From Pseudomonadota bacterium (GTDB lineage Bacteria > Pseudomonadota > Alphaproteobacteria > UBA11222): 64,000 bases of DNA. Position numbers and translations under genes: made by a program. Location: positions 10,357 through 74,356 of the forward strand of contig JBMOMX010000035.1 of the NCBI GenBank assembly GCA_049323435.1, in the 5' to 3' direction. The notes under the pieces were generated by a model. That model ran no database searches and was not told where the DNA came from. It saw only the letters and a program-made list of their open reading frames with translations. Positions 37,478 to 47,542 of this stretch are shown here, one piece after another; the first letter of the stretch is position 1; each line of letters begins with the position of its first letter.

Positions 37478-37909
37478 GTGACGGCCATCACAAAGCGGGT
37501 GGATTTTTCCCTGCGTGAGACCGCTCTTGCCTTATGGCGCAACAGACAGCAAGATTACCCCGTGAGCGACACCATACCCATACAGATGGCCCGCGTGCAG
37601 CGGGCCCCCGAAAAGGTCTTTTTCGACCGGCAGGAACTGCTGGTAATTCTGCATCTTTATGGCCGCATGGTGCAGGCGGGCGAATGGCGCGATTATGCGA
37701 TTGACGGGTTAAGGGATCGGGCGATTTTCTCGGCCTTCCGGCGCGCAAGTGAAATGCCGGCCTATTGCATCGTCAAACAGCCCGCGCTGGCCGGGCGTCA
37801 GGGCCAGTACGCCATTACCGGCAGCGGCGGCCAAATTCTGAAGCGCGGCCGTGAATTGCCCCAGGTGCTGCGAGTGCTGGAACGCAAACTGTTGAAGCTG
37901 GTGGAATAA
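37478..37909 (+). CDS. Conserved alphaproteobacterial hypothetical protein, possibly DUF2794-like
   Basis: The core LLVILHLYGRMVQAGEWRDYAIDGL resembles DUF2794 as I remember it. The real start may be the Met at 37586. Confidence 0.5.
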   Translation: MTAITKRVDFSLRETALALWRNRQQDYPVSDTIPIQMARVQRAPEKVFFDRQELLVILHLYGRMVQAGEWRDYAIDGLRDRAIFSAFRRASEMPAYCIVKQPALAGRQGQYAITGSGGQILKRGRELPQVLRVLERKLLKLVE

Positions 37910-37948
37910 AAAACCCCGCAGCTTAAGCAAGCTGCGGGGCTTGATTGT
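37910..37948. terminator. Bidirectional rho-independent terminator
   Basis: aaaaaa CCCCGCAGCTT aagc AAGCTGCGGGG cttgattgt lies between two convergent genes. An A-run sits on one side and T-rich sequence on the other. Confidence 0.7.
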
Positions 37949-37961
37949 CTCAGGCCGCAAC

Positions 37962-38681
37962 CTATTCGCGGTTGCCGCCAAACAGGCGCAGCATCATCAG
38001 GAACAGGTTGAGGAAATCCAGATACAGCGTCAGCGCGCCCATGATCGACTTTTTGCCGGCGATCTCATGGCCATCGTCTTCAAGGTAGATTTCCTTGATT
38101 TTCTGCGTGTCATAGGCGGTCAGGCCGGTGAACACCAGCACGCCGATCACCGAAATGGCGAAGTCCAGCGCCGAAGAAGCCAGGAAAATATTCACCACCG
38201 ATGCGATGATAATACCGATCAGCCCCATAAACAGGAACGAGCCAAAGCCGGTCAAATCCCGCTTGGTGGTATAGCCATACAGGCTGACCGCGCCGAACAT
38301 GCCCGCCGTGATAAAGAATACGCGGGTAATGCTGACCCCGGAATAGACATAGAAAATGCCCGACAGCGACAGGCCAACCAGCCCGGCATAGACCCAGAAC
38401 CAGGTTTGCGCGGAACTGAAGCTCATCGCATGAATGCGGGCGCTGAGATAGAGGACAACGCCCAGCGGCGCCAGCATCACCACCCAGATCAGCGGCGATC
38501 CAGCGATGGCGGAATAGATATCGGTGCGATAACCAAGATAAGCGATGATGCCGGTCAGCGCCAAACCCGACGCCATATAATTATAGACCCGCAGCATATA
38601 TTCGCGCAGGCCCTGATCGATGACCTGCGCACGCGCGCCAGTGCCGCCGAGGGCCGTCATATTCCGATCAAAATCAGCCAT
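37962..38681 (-). CDS. Bax inhibitor-1 / YccA family membrane protein
   Basis: 239 aa with seven transmembrane helices and a conserved BI-1 N-terminus (...REYMLRVYNYMASGLALTG). Confidence 0.85.
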   Translation of the reverse strand: MADFDRNMTALGGTGARAQVIDQGLREYMLRVYNYMASGLALTGIIAYLGYRTDIYSAIAGSPLIWVVMLAPLGVVLYLSARIHAMSFSSAQTWFWVYAGLVGLSLSGIFYVYSGVSITRVFFITAGMFGAVSLYGYTTKRDLTGFGSFLFMGLIGIIIASVVNIFLASSALDFAISVIGVLVFTGLTAYDTQKIKEIYLEDDGHEIAGKKSIMGALTLYLDFLNLFLMMLRLFGGNRE

Positions 38682-38878
38682 GTGAGTCCAGTTCTCCCTG
38701 TAAGAATGCTTGCGCTATATATCGGTCATATATGGGCAAAGTTCAAGCCATAGCCGTTAAACCGCCGCTTGCAGCAATAAAAGTGTCACTGTAGCTGTTG
38801 ATTAGTTGCTTTTTTACTATTGATATATTACATATTAACCCGCACGCACCATCCGCCAAAGATAGATATGAGGGTTAA

Positions 38879-40129
38879 ATGTCAATTCTGGAAGAAAAGG
38901 GCCGCGCCGCCGCCGCCAAGCCGGTTGATCAGATCACACTGGTGGATATGGATGTGATTGGCTGCCCCTATCACGCCTATCAGAAGCTGCGCCAAGAGGC
39001 GCCGGTATTCAAGGATCCGGCGGGTTTTTTCGTCGTGACCCGCTATGACGATATTTATATGGCGCTGAAGGACACGGCGACATTCTCCAGCGATTCGCTG
39101 GTGCCGCGCGAGGAATATGTCCGCCCCGTGCAGTATGGCGGCCTGCCGATGACGGACACCATGATCACCTCCGATCCGCCCCGGCACCGTTTTCTGCGCG
39201 GCCCGCTGAACAAGCTGTTTTCGCTTTCGCGCGTCAATCAGATGGAAGCCTATGTGCAGCAGATTGTGGATGAGCTGATCGACAGCTTCATCGACAAGGG
39301 CGAATGCGATTTCGTCAAAGACTATACCATACCGCTGCCGATGATTGTCATCGCCGATCAGCTGGGCGTGACACGCGATGACCTGCCGAGCTTTTCACGC
39401 TGGTCGGACGCTTTTGCTTCGCTGGTCAGCGGTTTTGCAACCGAGGATGACAAGATTTTTGCGGCGAAACAGATTGTCGAGATGCAGCAATATTTCCTCA
39501 AGGTCATTCCGGTAAAACGCCAGAACCCGACCAATGACGTGATCTCCGATCTGGTACAGGCCAAAATGGAAGATGGCGAACCGATGAAGGATGTGGATAT
39601 TCTTTCCAGCATCCATCTGCTGCTGACGGCGGGGAATGAGACCACGACCAATTCCATGTCGCTGGCCATGCGGGCGCTGATCGAAAATCCGGCGCAGATG
39701 CAGGCGCTGCGCGATGATCCGTCGCTGGTCACCAATTTTGTCGAGGAATCGCTGCGTTTTGACGGGCCGGTACAGGGGCTGATGCGCCGCGCCACCTGCG
39801 ATACCCAAATCGCCGGGGTAAAAATTCCCAAGGATTCGCTAGTGAATCTGCGCTTCGGCAGCGGCAATCGCGACGCAGCCAAATATACCAAACCCGATGA
39901 GCTCAATGTCTGCCGTAAGGACAGCACCGTGCATCTGGCTTTCGGCCAGGGTACGCATACCTGCCTGGGCGCCAGCCTGGCGCGCAAGGAAATTGATCTG
40001 ACCTTCCGCACCATTCTGCGCCGGATGAAAAATATCCGCTTCCGCGATCCGGGGGTGGAAATGGTCTATGAACGCAATATAGCGCTGCGTACCATGAAAA
40101 ATCTGCATATCAAGTTCGACAAGGCGTAA
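38879..40129 (+). CDS. Cytochrome P450, a paralogue of the ORF at 33572-34840
   Basis: 416 aa with heme loop FGQGTHTCLGASLA. The N-terminus (EEKGRAAAAKPVDQITLVDMDVIGCPYH) aligns with the other P450. Confidence 0.9.
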   Translation: MSILEEKGRAAAAKPVDQITLVDMDVIGCPYHAYQKLRQEAPVFKDPAGFFVVTRYDDIYMALKDTATFSSDSLVPREEYVRPVQYGGLPMTDTMITSDPPRHRFLRGPLNKLFSLSRVNQMEAYVQQIVDELIDSFIDKGECDFVKDYTIPLPMIVIADQLGVTRDDLPSFSRWSDAFASLVSGFATEDDKIFAAKQIVEMQQYFLKVIPVKRQNPTNDVISDLVQAKMEDGEPMKDVDILSSIHLLLTAGNETTTNSMSLAMRALIENPAQMQALRDDPSLVTNFVEESLRFDGPVQGLMRRATCDTQIAGVKIPKDSLVNLRFGSGNRDAAKYTKPDELNVCRKDSTVHLAFGQGTHTCLGASLARKEIDLTFRTILRRMKNIRFRDPGVEMVYERNIALRTMKNLHIKFDKA

Positions 40130-40134
40130 TCGGT

Positions 40135-40548
40135 TCACATGCCCAGCAGGGTGACGCCGGCAGCGTCACCCGCCGCGCGCAATTCCTTATCGAGCGACGC
40201 CAGCGGCAGGCGCAGCCGCAGCGCCAGCTCCAGATAGGCGGCATCGTATAGGGTGAGACGGTGCTGTTCGGCGAGGCTTAGGGTCGTTGACCAGGCGAAA
40301 TTATCCGTATCAGGATCAGTTGTAATGTTGAGCAGTGCAAGCCCCCTGAGCGCGGTGTCGCGGGTTGCAGCATCTATGCGCCCACGCCGGACAGACATCT
40401 GCAACCCGTTGGCAATCTCCAGTCGCCAGATGGCTGGCACGAAAGCCTGTTCGTCAATGAGACGGTCCAGGATTTTCTGAACCGGCAAAGTTCTCTCCTC
40501 AGTAAAAATCCAGGCAAGAGTAACCGATGCGTCCACGACAAGCGTCAC
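40135..40548 (-). CDS. vapC: Type II toxin VapC (PIN domain)
   Basis: 137 aa with PIN acidic residues (VVDASV..., ...YDAAYLELA). It overlaps the upstream antitoxin by 4 nt. Confidence 0.82.
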   Translation of the reverse strand: MTLVVDASVTLAWIFTEERTLPVQKILDRLIDEQAFVPAIWRLEIANGLQMSVRRGRIDAATRDTALRGLALLNITTDPDTDNFAWSTTLSLAEQHRLTLYDAAYLELALRLRLPLASLDKELRAAGDAAGVTLLGM

Positions 40549-40820
40549 TTACGCCCCTCGTCGCGATAGGCTTTCCACTCTTCCCAGTTAAAGCCACCCT
40601 CTAGCTTGACGGCATTCCTGCGCAATCCTTCTACTGCGGCGCGCGCGCGGACACGGTCGGCGGCCTGCCGCGCTTTTTCCCGGTCGAACACCGACTCCGC
40701 CGACACCAGCCGTGCCACCGGCTTGCCGCGCCTTGTGATCAGGACTTCCTCGCCCGCCTCAACCCAATCCAGCAATGTGCCAAGCTTGTTCTTGGCCTCA
40801 AAGGCCCCAACTTCCCGCAT
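40545..40820 (-). CDS. Phd/YefM-family antitoxin
   Basis: 91 aa. MREVGAFEAKNKLGTLLDWVEAGEEVLITRRGKPVARLV is the Phd/YefM signature. Confidence 0.78.
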   Translation of the reverse strand: MREVGAFEAKNKLGTLLDWVEAGEEVLITRRGKPVARLVSAESVFDREKARQAADRVRARAAVEGLRRNAVKLEGGFNWEEWKAYRDEGRK

Positions 40821-40886
40821 GAACCCATCTCCTCTAATAAGCTAGCTTACAGTCTAGCTTATTTAATCCAATGGAAAAAGTCAAAC

Positions 40887-43412
40887 TCAACCGGTGCGCA
40901 GTACACCCGCCGCTTTTTGTCCCAGCACCCGCCAGGTCATGGCCAGCCCTAGAAAGATGGTCACAGACACCGTGGCCAGCAGGGTAATCACCAGCGTGCC
41001 GGGCAAAAACTCAAAATCCGCATGCATCAGAAAGGTGACGGTCATATAGGCAGCGGCCGTGCCGATCAGGCCGGCAAGGCCTGCGGCGCACAGACCCAGC
41101 AGGGCATATTCCGCGCCATAGGCCAGCACCACCCGGGCCCGTGACGCACCCATGACTTTAAGCAGCACCGCGTCATAGACGCGCTGCCCATGCCCCGCCG
41201 CCAGCGCGCCTGCCAGAACCAGCATGCCGGTCACCAGCGTAACAGCGCCGGCCGCGCGCACGGCCATTGCCAGATTGTTCAGCAATCCGCTTACCGTTTC
41301 CAGGGTTTCGCGCACCCGCACCACGGACACGCCGGGGAAACGATCCGTCACTGCAATATGCAAGGGCGTTTCAGCCTTTTCAGTAGCGCGCGCGGTCGCC
41401 AGATAACTGTGCGGGGCGCTGGAAATCAGACCCGGCGAAAATATGAGCGCAAAATTCACCCCCATGGTGGACCAGTCGATGCTGCGCAGATTGGCGATAC
41501 GCGCCTCAATATCACGGCCCAGCACGTTGACCGTCATCGTGTCGCCAATCGCCAACCCCATATCCGCGGCCAGCCGCGCATCGAGCGATAAAAGCGGCGG
41601 CCCGTCATATCCAGGCGGCCACCATTCGCCTGTTGCAATGACGCTGTCTTCGGGCGGCATTGCTGCAAAGCTCAGATTGCGGTCCCCGCGCAGCGCCCAG
41701 CGCGCTTCGGGCGGAACGGAATCGACGGTGGCGGGCCTTTCCTTGATGCGCACAATCCGGCCGCGAAGGGTTGGCATGCTCTCCACATCCCAAACGCCGC
41801 CCACCCCATAGGCCAGTTTGCGAAACGCCTCAATATCCGTAGACTGAATATCCAGAAAGAAAAATGCGGGCGCGTCATTTGCCGTCCGCTGCGTCACCTG
41901 GCGGTTGATATTTCCCTCCACCATTGCAATCGTCACCAGCAGCGAAAGCCCAAGCCCCAGCGACAATAACACTGCCGGCGCGGGACTGCCCGGGCGGTGC
42001 AGATTGGCCAGCGCCAGACGCAGTTCCGGCCGCGGCGGCGCGGGCATGCGGCGCGCCAGCGCCATGACCGCAGCCCCAAGCACGCGCAACAAGGCAAAGC
42101 TCGCGCCAATGCCGGTGACGAACCAGAATGCAAATCGCGCATCGCCGGCAATCAGAAAGGCCAACCCCGCCAGCAGGCCAAGCAGCAGCGCAATCCCTGC
42201 AACATAGATGGGCCGCGGCCAGCGGCGGGCGGGCGCCACAATATCGCGGAACAGCCCGGCCGCCGAAATTTCCCGCGCCCGCGCCAGCGGCCAGATGGCG
42301 AACAGCACGGCCGTGATCATCCCGAAGGTGCTGGCATAGAGCAGCGGCAGCGGATAGACCGCAAAATGCGCAGGCACAGGCAGCATATCCGCCAATATCG
42401 TCCCCAGTAAAAACGGGATTGCCGCACCGAAGCCCAACCCGATGGCGATCCCGAGACAGGCGAGCAGAATAATCTGGATCAGATAGATGCGAAAAATCAG
42501 GCCGCCTTCCGCGCCAAGGCATTTCAGCGTGGCGATAGCCGCGCGCTTGCGCTGTAAATATCCGTGCACGGCATTGCCCGCGCCAACACCGCCCACCACC
42601 AGCGCCGTCAATCCGGTCAGGGTTAAAAACATCGCCATCTGATCCAGAAACTGCCGGGTGCTGGGCGCGCTATTGTCACGGTCACGCACCCGCCAGGCGG
42701 CGTCCGGAAATTGCGCGCTCAACCGCTCCAGCCAGATTTTAAGCTCCGTTTCCGGATGCAGCTTGATGCGGTAATGGCGCACTTGCAGGCTGCCGGGCTG
42801 CACAAGCCGTGTAACGTCCAGGGCGCCGGATGCGATCATGACCCGGGGCCCAAGCGCCAATCCGCCGGATGCGCGGTCCGGCTCACGCACAATAATGCCG
42901 CGCACCTGAAAATCATGCGCGCCAATACGCAGCAATGTGCCGGTGCGGGCATTCAGCCGTTCCGCCAGCGGGGCTTCGATGACCGCGCCCCAGACTCCAT
43001 CCCGCTGTGACAGCGCGCCATGCAGTTCCACATTCTCACGCAGGACCATCGCGCCAAACAGCGGATAGGCGGCGTCCACCGCCTTCAACTCGATCAGGGT
43101 GCGCACATTATTGGCGTGGCTTTTCACCATGGCGCGCATATCGCGGCTTAATGACACCGCGCCGCTGGCCTGCATATGCGCAAGTTCTGCGGCATTGGCG
43201 TCACGATAATTCAGTTCCAGCGCCACATCGCCGCCCAGAATGGCCTGCCCCTCGGCTTGCATACCCCCCATTATCGCCGCACCCAGCGACCCCGCCCCCG
43301 CAATCGCCGCCACCCCGACAGCCAGACAGGCCAGAAATATATAAAATCCATGCAGCCCCCCGCGCAGCTCACGCAGCGCAAAACGCAGGGATAGAGGTAA
43401 GGCCAGACTCAA
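40887..43412 (-). CDS. ybbP: ABC transporter permease with two FtsX domains, YbbP/MacB-like
   Basis: About 840 aa with two four-TM FtsX repeats and large periplasmic loops. The ORF extends to 43493, but a TTG at 43412 overlaps the ybbA stop as TTGA and aligns with the E. coli YbbP N-terminus. Confidence 0.78.
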   Translation of the reverse strand: MSLALPLSLRFALRELRGGLHGFYIFLACLAVGVAAIAGAGSLGAAIMGGMQAEGQAILGGDVALELNYRDANAAELAHMQASGAVSLSRDMRAMVKSHANNVRTLIELKAVDAAYPLFGAMVLRENVELHGALSQRDGVWGAVIEAPLAERLNARTGTLLRIGAHDFQVRGIIVREPDRASGGLALGPRVMIASGALDVTRLVQPGSLQVRHYRIKLHPETELKIWLERLSAQFPDAAWRVRDRDNSAPSTRQFLDQMAMFLTLTGLTALVVGGVGAGNAVHGYLQRKRAAIATLKCLGAEGGLIFRIYLIQIILLACLGIAIGLGFGAAIPFLLGTILADMLPVPAHFAVYPLPLLYASTFGMITAVLFAIWPLARAREISAAGLFRDIVAPARRWPRPIYVAGIALLLGLLAGLAFLIAGDARFAFWFVTGIGASFALLRVLGAAVMALARRMPAPPRPELRLALANLHRPGSPAPAVLLSLGLGLSLLVTIAMVEGNINRQVTQRTANDAPAFFFLDIQSTDIEAFRKLAYGVGGVWDVESMPTLRGRIVRIKERPATVDSVPPEARWALRGDRNLSFAAMPPEDSVIATGEWWPPGYDGPPLLSLDARLAADMGLAIGDTMTVNVLGRDIEARIANLRSIDWSTMGVNFALIFSPGLISSAPHSYLATARATEKAETPLHIAVTDRFPGVSVVRVRETLETVSGLLNNLAMAVRAAGAVTLVTGMLVLAGALAAGHGQRVYDAVLLKVMGASRARVVLAYGAEYALLGLCAAGLAGLIGTAAAYMTVTFLMHADFEFLPGTLVITLLATVSVTIFLGLAMTWRVLGQKAAGVLRTG

Positions 43413-44128
43413 TTTTGCGCTGCCGCCAGCGGCGCGCCGCCATTTGTCACACGTGCGATTTTCCCGTCCGCCAGATGCACCACACGGCCGCAACGCGCAG
43501 CCAGGGCCGCGTCATGCGTGATCAGCAGCAATGTGGCGCCGGTATCGGCCTGCAGGGCAAACATCAATTGAATGATCTGCTCGCCGGTAGCAGTGTCCAG
43601 ATTTCCGGTGGGTTCATCCGCCAGCAGTATGCGCGGCCGGGCGGCAACGGCGCGGGCCAGCGCCACCCGTTGCTGTTCACCCCCCGACAATTGCCCCGGA
43701 TAGTGGCCGGTGCGATGGGAAAGGCCGACAGACGCCAGCGCCTCCTGCGCGCGCGCAAATGCATCGCGCCGTCCCGCCAGTTCCAGCGGCACCGCGGCAT
43801 TTTCCAGCGCCGTCATCGTGGCGATCAGATGAAATGACTGAAACACAATTCCGGTATTATCGCGCCGGAACGCCGCCAGCTGATCCTCGCTCATGGCGCC
43901 CAGATCATGCCCGGCGACACGCACCACGCCGGAGCTGGCCCGCTCCAGCCCGGCCATCACCATCAGCATTGTGGATTTGCCCGAACCGCTGGGGCCGATC
44001 AGACCTACCGCTTCGCCTTCGCTTACGCTAAGATCAATGCCATGCAGAATATCAACTCTGCCTGCGCCGCTGTTCAGTGATAAATGCACATTGTCGAAGT
44101 GAATGACCGGATTACTCAAACATACCAC
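43409..44128 (-). CDS. ybbA: ABC transporter ATP-binding protein, YbbA-like
   Basis: Walker [10 protein letters not shown], the [14 protein letters not shown] signature and Walker B LLADEPT. Confidence 0.85.
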   Translation of the reverse strand: MVCLSNPVIHFDNVHLSLNSGAGRVDILHGIDLSVSEGEAVGLIGPSGSGKSTMLMVMAGLERASSGVVRVAGHDLGAMSEDQLAAFRRDNTGIVFQSFHLIATMTALENAAVPLELAGRRDAFARAQEALASVGLSHRTGHYPGQLSGGEQQRVALARAVAARPRILLADEPTGNLDTATGEQIIQLMFALQADTGATLLLITHDAALAARCGRVVHLADGKIARVTNGGAPLAAAQN

Positions 44129-44147
44129 CTATGACCGTGTGAAGCAC

Positions 44148-44798
44148 ATGTCTGAACATAGCGTGATAAAGGCCATGATCAATAGCGCATTTCAACTTCT
44201 CATATTTGCAATGCTGCTTGCCGTCTCACCCTTGCAGGCAAAAGAGACGCCGGTGCTGGTTGTGCTGGGCGACAGCCTGACTGCGGGCGCGGGTTTGGCC
44301 GCCGGGGATGCGTTTCCGGCCAGGCTGCAAGCGCATCTGGCGTCGCTGGGAATAATGGTGAAAGTGGAAAATGCCGGCGTCTCCGGCGACACCAGCGCGG
44401 ATGGCCTGGCGCGGCTGGACTGGTCGATCGGCGCAGATGCGGACGCCGTGATTGTTGAACTGGGCGCCAATGACGCGCTGCGCGGGATCGCGCCGGAACA
44501 GGCTTATGCCAATCTTGAAAAAATCATACAGCGTTTGCAGCAGCGCAAACTGCCGGTCATGCTGGCGGGCATGAAGGCGATGCGCAATCTGGGGGAAGAC
44601 TATATCGCCGCCTTTGACGCGATTTACCCCCGGCTGGCTGAAAAATATCAGGTGCCGCTATACCCATTTTTTCTGGAAGGCGTTGCGGCGGACCCCAAAC
44701 TCAATCAGCCCGATATGCTGCACCCGAATGCGGCGGGCGTTGACGTGATCGTCAGGAATATTGCGCCGCAGGTGATAGAATTTCTCAAGGGCATATAA
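44148..44798 (+). CDS. tesA: SGNH/GDSL hydrolase, TesA-like (arylesterase / thioesterase I / lysophospholipase L1)
   Basis: Signal peptide, then VVLGDSLTAGAG (GDSL block), and DGLHP near the C-terminus. It is divergent from ybbA, as in E. coli. Possible starts are 44103, 44148 and 44175. Confidence 0.78.
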   Translation: MSEHSVIKAMINSAFQLLIFAMLLAVSPLQAKETPVLVVLGDSLTAGAGLAAGDAFPARLQAHLASLGIMVKVENAGVSGDTSADGLARLDWSIGADADAVIVELGANDALRGIAPEQAYANLEKIIQRLQQRKLPVMLAGMKAMRNLGEDYIAAFDAIYPRLAEKYQVPLYPFFLEGVAADPKLNQPDMLHPNAAGVDVIVRNIAPQVIEFLKGI

Positions 44799-44808
44799 GG
44801 TTTAATCC

Positions 44809-45342
44809 GTGTTTAGACTATTTTCAGCCCTCACGCTGCCGGCTGATATTGTGCGGCGCCTGGAATGGATGGGCGGCGGCATTCCCGGCGCGCGCTGGGT
44901 TGCTGCGGAAAATATGCATGTGACCCTGCGTTTTATCGGCGATGTCGATATGCACGCCGCCGGACTGGCCCATACGGCGCTTCAGGAAGTTTCCTTCTCG
45001 CCCTTTGATCTGCAATTGCGCGGGGTTGCGGTATTTGGCGAACGCAAGCCGCGTCTGTTATATGTGGGCGTTGAACCGGCTGAAGAATTGCTGGCGCTCT
45101 ATGCGCGGACCAATGCGGCGCTGGCCCGCGCCGGACTGCCGCCGCCGGCTGGGCGGCGATATGTGCCCCATGTCACGCTGGCGCGGCTGAACAATCCGCC
45201 GCGCGACCGCATCGGGGCCTTTATTGCGGCGCATAATATTCTGGCGCTGCCGGCAATCAGGGTGGAAAATTTCGTGCTGATGTCCAGCCACCGGTCCGAA
45301 AATGGCGCCAGCTATCAGATCGAGGCGCGCTATCCCGTCTAA
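44809..45342 (+). CDS. thpR: RNA 2',3'-cyclic phosphodiesterase (2H family, ThpR/LigT)
   Basis: Two HxTx motifs (HVTLRF and HVTLAR) in a 177-aa protein. Confidence 0.85.
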   Translation: MFRLFSALTLPADIVRRLEWMGGGIPGARWVAAENMHVTLRFIGDVDMHAAGLAHTALQEVSFSPFDLQLRGVAVFGERKPRLLYVGVEPAEELLALYARTNAALARAGLPPPAGRRYVPHVTLARLNNPPRDRIGAFIAAHNILALPAIRVENFVLMSSHRSENGASYQIEARYPV

Positions 45343-45773
45343 TTCAGCATATTGGGCTGCGCCAGGGCGGCATCTTCGAGCATTTCCATCGCCTCATCCG
45401 ACAGGCCGAAATGATGGCCGATCTCATGCACCAGTACATGGGTGACGATGTCCGCCAGACTGTCATCGCCCTCGCACCAGCAGTCCAGGATCGGGCGGCG
45501 GTACAGAAAAATAATGTCCGGGCCGGATGGCTGATCAAGAATATTTTTGCTGGTCAGATCAACCCCCGAATATAATCCCATTATCTCGAACGGGTTTTCG
45601 ATACCCAGTTCGCGGCAGGTGTCTTCATCGGGAAAATCCACCACCTGAATAATGATTTCAGTAATATTTTCGAGAAATTGCTGCGGCAGGCGCGCCAGTG
45701 CGGCACTGCCGATTTCGGCAATATCGTCAAGGCTCGGCGCTAACATGTGGGCGGACCAGTTGCTATATGTCAT
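45339..45773 (-). CDS. Small zinc metallopeptidase-like protein (zincin HExxH)
   Basis: 144 aa with HEIGHHFG near the C-terminus. Confidence 0.65.
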   Translation of the reverse strand: MTYSNWSAHMLAPSLDDIAEIGSAALARLPQQFLENITEIIIQVVDFPDEDTCRELGIENPFEIMGLYSGVDLTSKNILDQPSGPDIIFLYRRPILDCWCEGDDSLADIVTHVLVHEIGHHFGLSDEAMEMLEDAALAQPNMLN

Positions 45774-45863
45774 GTACGCAGTCTAGCCGATCTTGCCGGT
45801 CATGCAAAGCGGGCGCATACTGCGCGGCCTCAGATGGAAGGGAAATTTCGAAAGGAAGCAGCA

Positions 45864-46160
45864 ATGATTGAAAAACTAAGCGGCGAAGCCCGGCATGCGG
45901 CCCTGGCGGAACTTGCGGGCTGGCAGGAAGTGCCGGGACGTGACGCCATTGCAAAACAATTCAAATTCGCCAATTTCAATGCCGCCTTTGGCTGGATGAC
46001 GCGGGTTGCACTGCTTGCCGAAAAAATGGACCACCATCCAGAATGGTCCAATATATACAATACAATAGATGTTACCCTGGCGACCCATGAGGCAAATGGG
46101 GTGACCCTGCGCGATCATAAAATGGCCCTGGCCATGAATGCCTATGCGGCGGGCAAATAA
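45864..46160 (+). CDS. Pterin-4a-carbinolamine dehydratase
   Basis: [10 protein letters not shown]...[22 protein letters not shown] with the conserved DHHPEW motif. AAGGAAG precedes the ATG at 45864. Confidence 0.85.
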   Translation: MIEKLSGEARHAALAELAGWQEVPGRDAIAKQFKFANFNAAFGWMTRVALLAEKMDHHPEWSNIYNTIDVTLATHEANGVTLRDHKMALAMNAYAAGK

Positions 46161-46195
46161 TGCTTCTGCCGCAGCGCGCCTTGCGCCTATAATTA

Positions 46196-46208
46196 TGATC
46201 ACAGATTG
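46196..46208 (+). promoter_or_regulatory. Putative operator box TGATCACAGATTG upstream of amidohydrolase paralogue 2
   Basis: 26 nt before the ATG at 46235. The same box precedes the other two paralogues. Confidence 0.5.
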
Positions 46209-46234
46209 AAAAGCCAGCATAGGGAGCGCCACCA

Positions 46235-47389
46235 ATGTTTTTCAAAGGCATCATCTCCGCAGACAGCCATATTGTTGAGCCGCCAAACTGCTATGTCGAT
46301 TTCATCGAACCCAAATATCGCGAAGACGCGCCGCGCGTGGTGCGCCAGCCTAATGGCAAGGACATTTATGTCATCAAGGATCTGAAGCAAAGCGTGCCTT
46401 TGGGGCTGCTGGACAGCGCCGGCATGAAGCCGAAAGAGCGCAAACATCACGCCGACACCACCAAGTTCGAGGAAACCCGTCCCGGCGGCTATGACGCCAA
46501 GGCACGCCTGCTGGACATGGACCTTGAAGGCACGGCGGCGGAAATCATCTATGCCTCGGTCGGCATGGTGCTTTGCACGCATCCGGACCCGCACTATAAA
46601 GACGCGGCGATGCAGGCCTATAACCGCTGGCTGCAAACTTTTTGCGCAGAAGCGCCGAACCGTCTGTTTGGCCTGGCGCAGACTGCAATTCTGTCCGTTG
46701 ACAGCGCCATCGCGGATTTCCGCCGCGCCAAGGAAATGGGCATGGTCGGGATGATGATGCCCGGCAATCCGGTTGAGGGCGAATATGACCGCCCGGAATA
46801 TGACGCGCTGTGGGAATGCGCCACCGATCTGGGCCTGCCGATCTGTTTTCATATTCTGACCGCCAAGGAAGGCGATTTATCTTCGGTGTTCGACGGCGGG
46901 CGCGGGCACAGACTGAATGGCGGCATGAAAATCATTCGCGCCATACAGGATATTGCCGGAATGATGGTGCTGGGCGGCGTGTTTGAACGCCACCCGAAAC
47001 TGAAACTGGTGACCGCCGAGGGCGATGCCGGCTGGATGCCGCATTATATGCGCCGCATGGACCACACCGCGTTCCGCGAGGCCGAGGATGGCATCATCAA
47101 GGGTCTGAGCAAACTGCCCAGCGAATATATCAAATCCAATGTCTTCATGACGTTCCAGGATGATTACATGGCCTGGCGGAATATCGAGCATATGAATTAC
47201 AAACAGCTTTTATGGGCCAATGATTATCCGCATTCGGATTCGACCTGGCCCAATTCCCAGGCCCTGCTGGCCAGACACGCCGCCGGCGTCGCCCCTGACA
47301 GGCTGCGCGCCATTCTGCGCGAAAATACCGCCAGCCTGTTCAACCTGCCGCTCGAAAAAATTCCCACCATGCAGATGGCGGCGGAATAG
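46235..47389 (+). CDS. Amidohydrolase family protein (PF04909 type), paralogue 2
   Basis: MFFKGIISADSHIVEPPNCYVDFIEPKYRED.... AGGGAG RBS. Confidence 0.85.
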   Translation: MFFKGIISADSHIVEPPNCYVDFIEPKYREDAPRVVRQPNGKDIYVIKDLKQSVPLGLLDSAGMKPKERKHHADTTKFEETRPGGYDAKARLLDMDLEGTAAEIIYASVGMVLCTHPDPHYKDAAMQAYNRWLQTFCAEAPNRLFGLAQTAILSVDSAIADFRRAKEMGMVGMMMPGNPVEGEYDRPEYDALWECATDLGLPICFHILTAKEGDLSSVFDGGRGHRLNGGMKIIRAIQDIAGMMVLGGVFERHPKLKLVTAEGDAGWMPHYMRRMDHTAFREAEDGIIKGLSKLPSEYIKSNVFMTFQDDYMAWRNIEHMNYKQLLWANDYPHSDSTWPNSQALLARHAAGVAPDRLRAILRENTASLFNLPLEKIPTMQMAAE

Positions 47390-47505
47390 GGCTAAACGCT
47401 CCGGCAGGGGGTCCGGCCAGTGGCTGGGCCCCTTTCCTTATAACGGCCGTGATCAGCGCCACACAAAAATCCCTTCTTTTCCCGCTATGTATGTGTCTAT
47501 AATTC

Positions 47506-47518
47506 TGATCACAGATTC
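47506..47518 (+). promoter_or_regulatory. Putative operator box TGATCACAGATTC upstream of amidohydrolase paralogue 3
   Basis: 24 nt before the ATG at 47543. Confidence 0.5.
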
Positions 47519-47542
47519 AAAACCGGAACAATGGAGCCTATC

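Noticed and set aside
37941-38753. 270-aa plus-strand ORF
   Set aside because: It is antisense to the BI-1/YccA membrane-protein gene.
41875-42522. Several Arg/Ala-rich ORFs inside 40.9-43.5 kb
   Set aside because: They are alternative frames of the ybbP permease gene.
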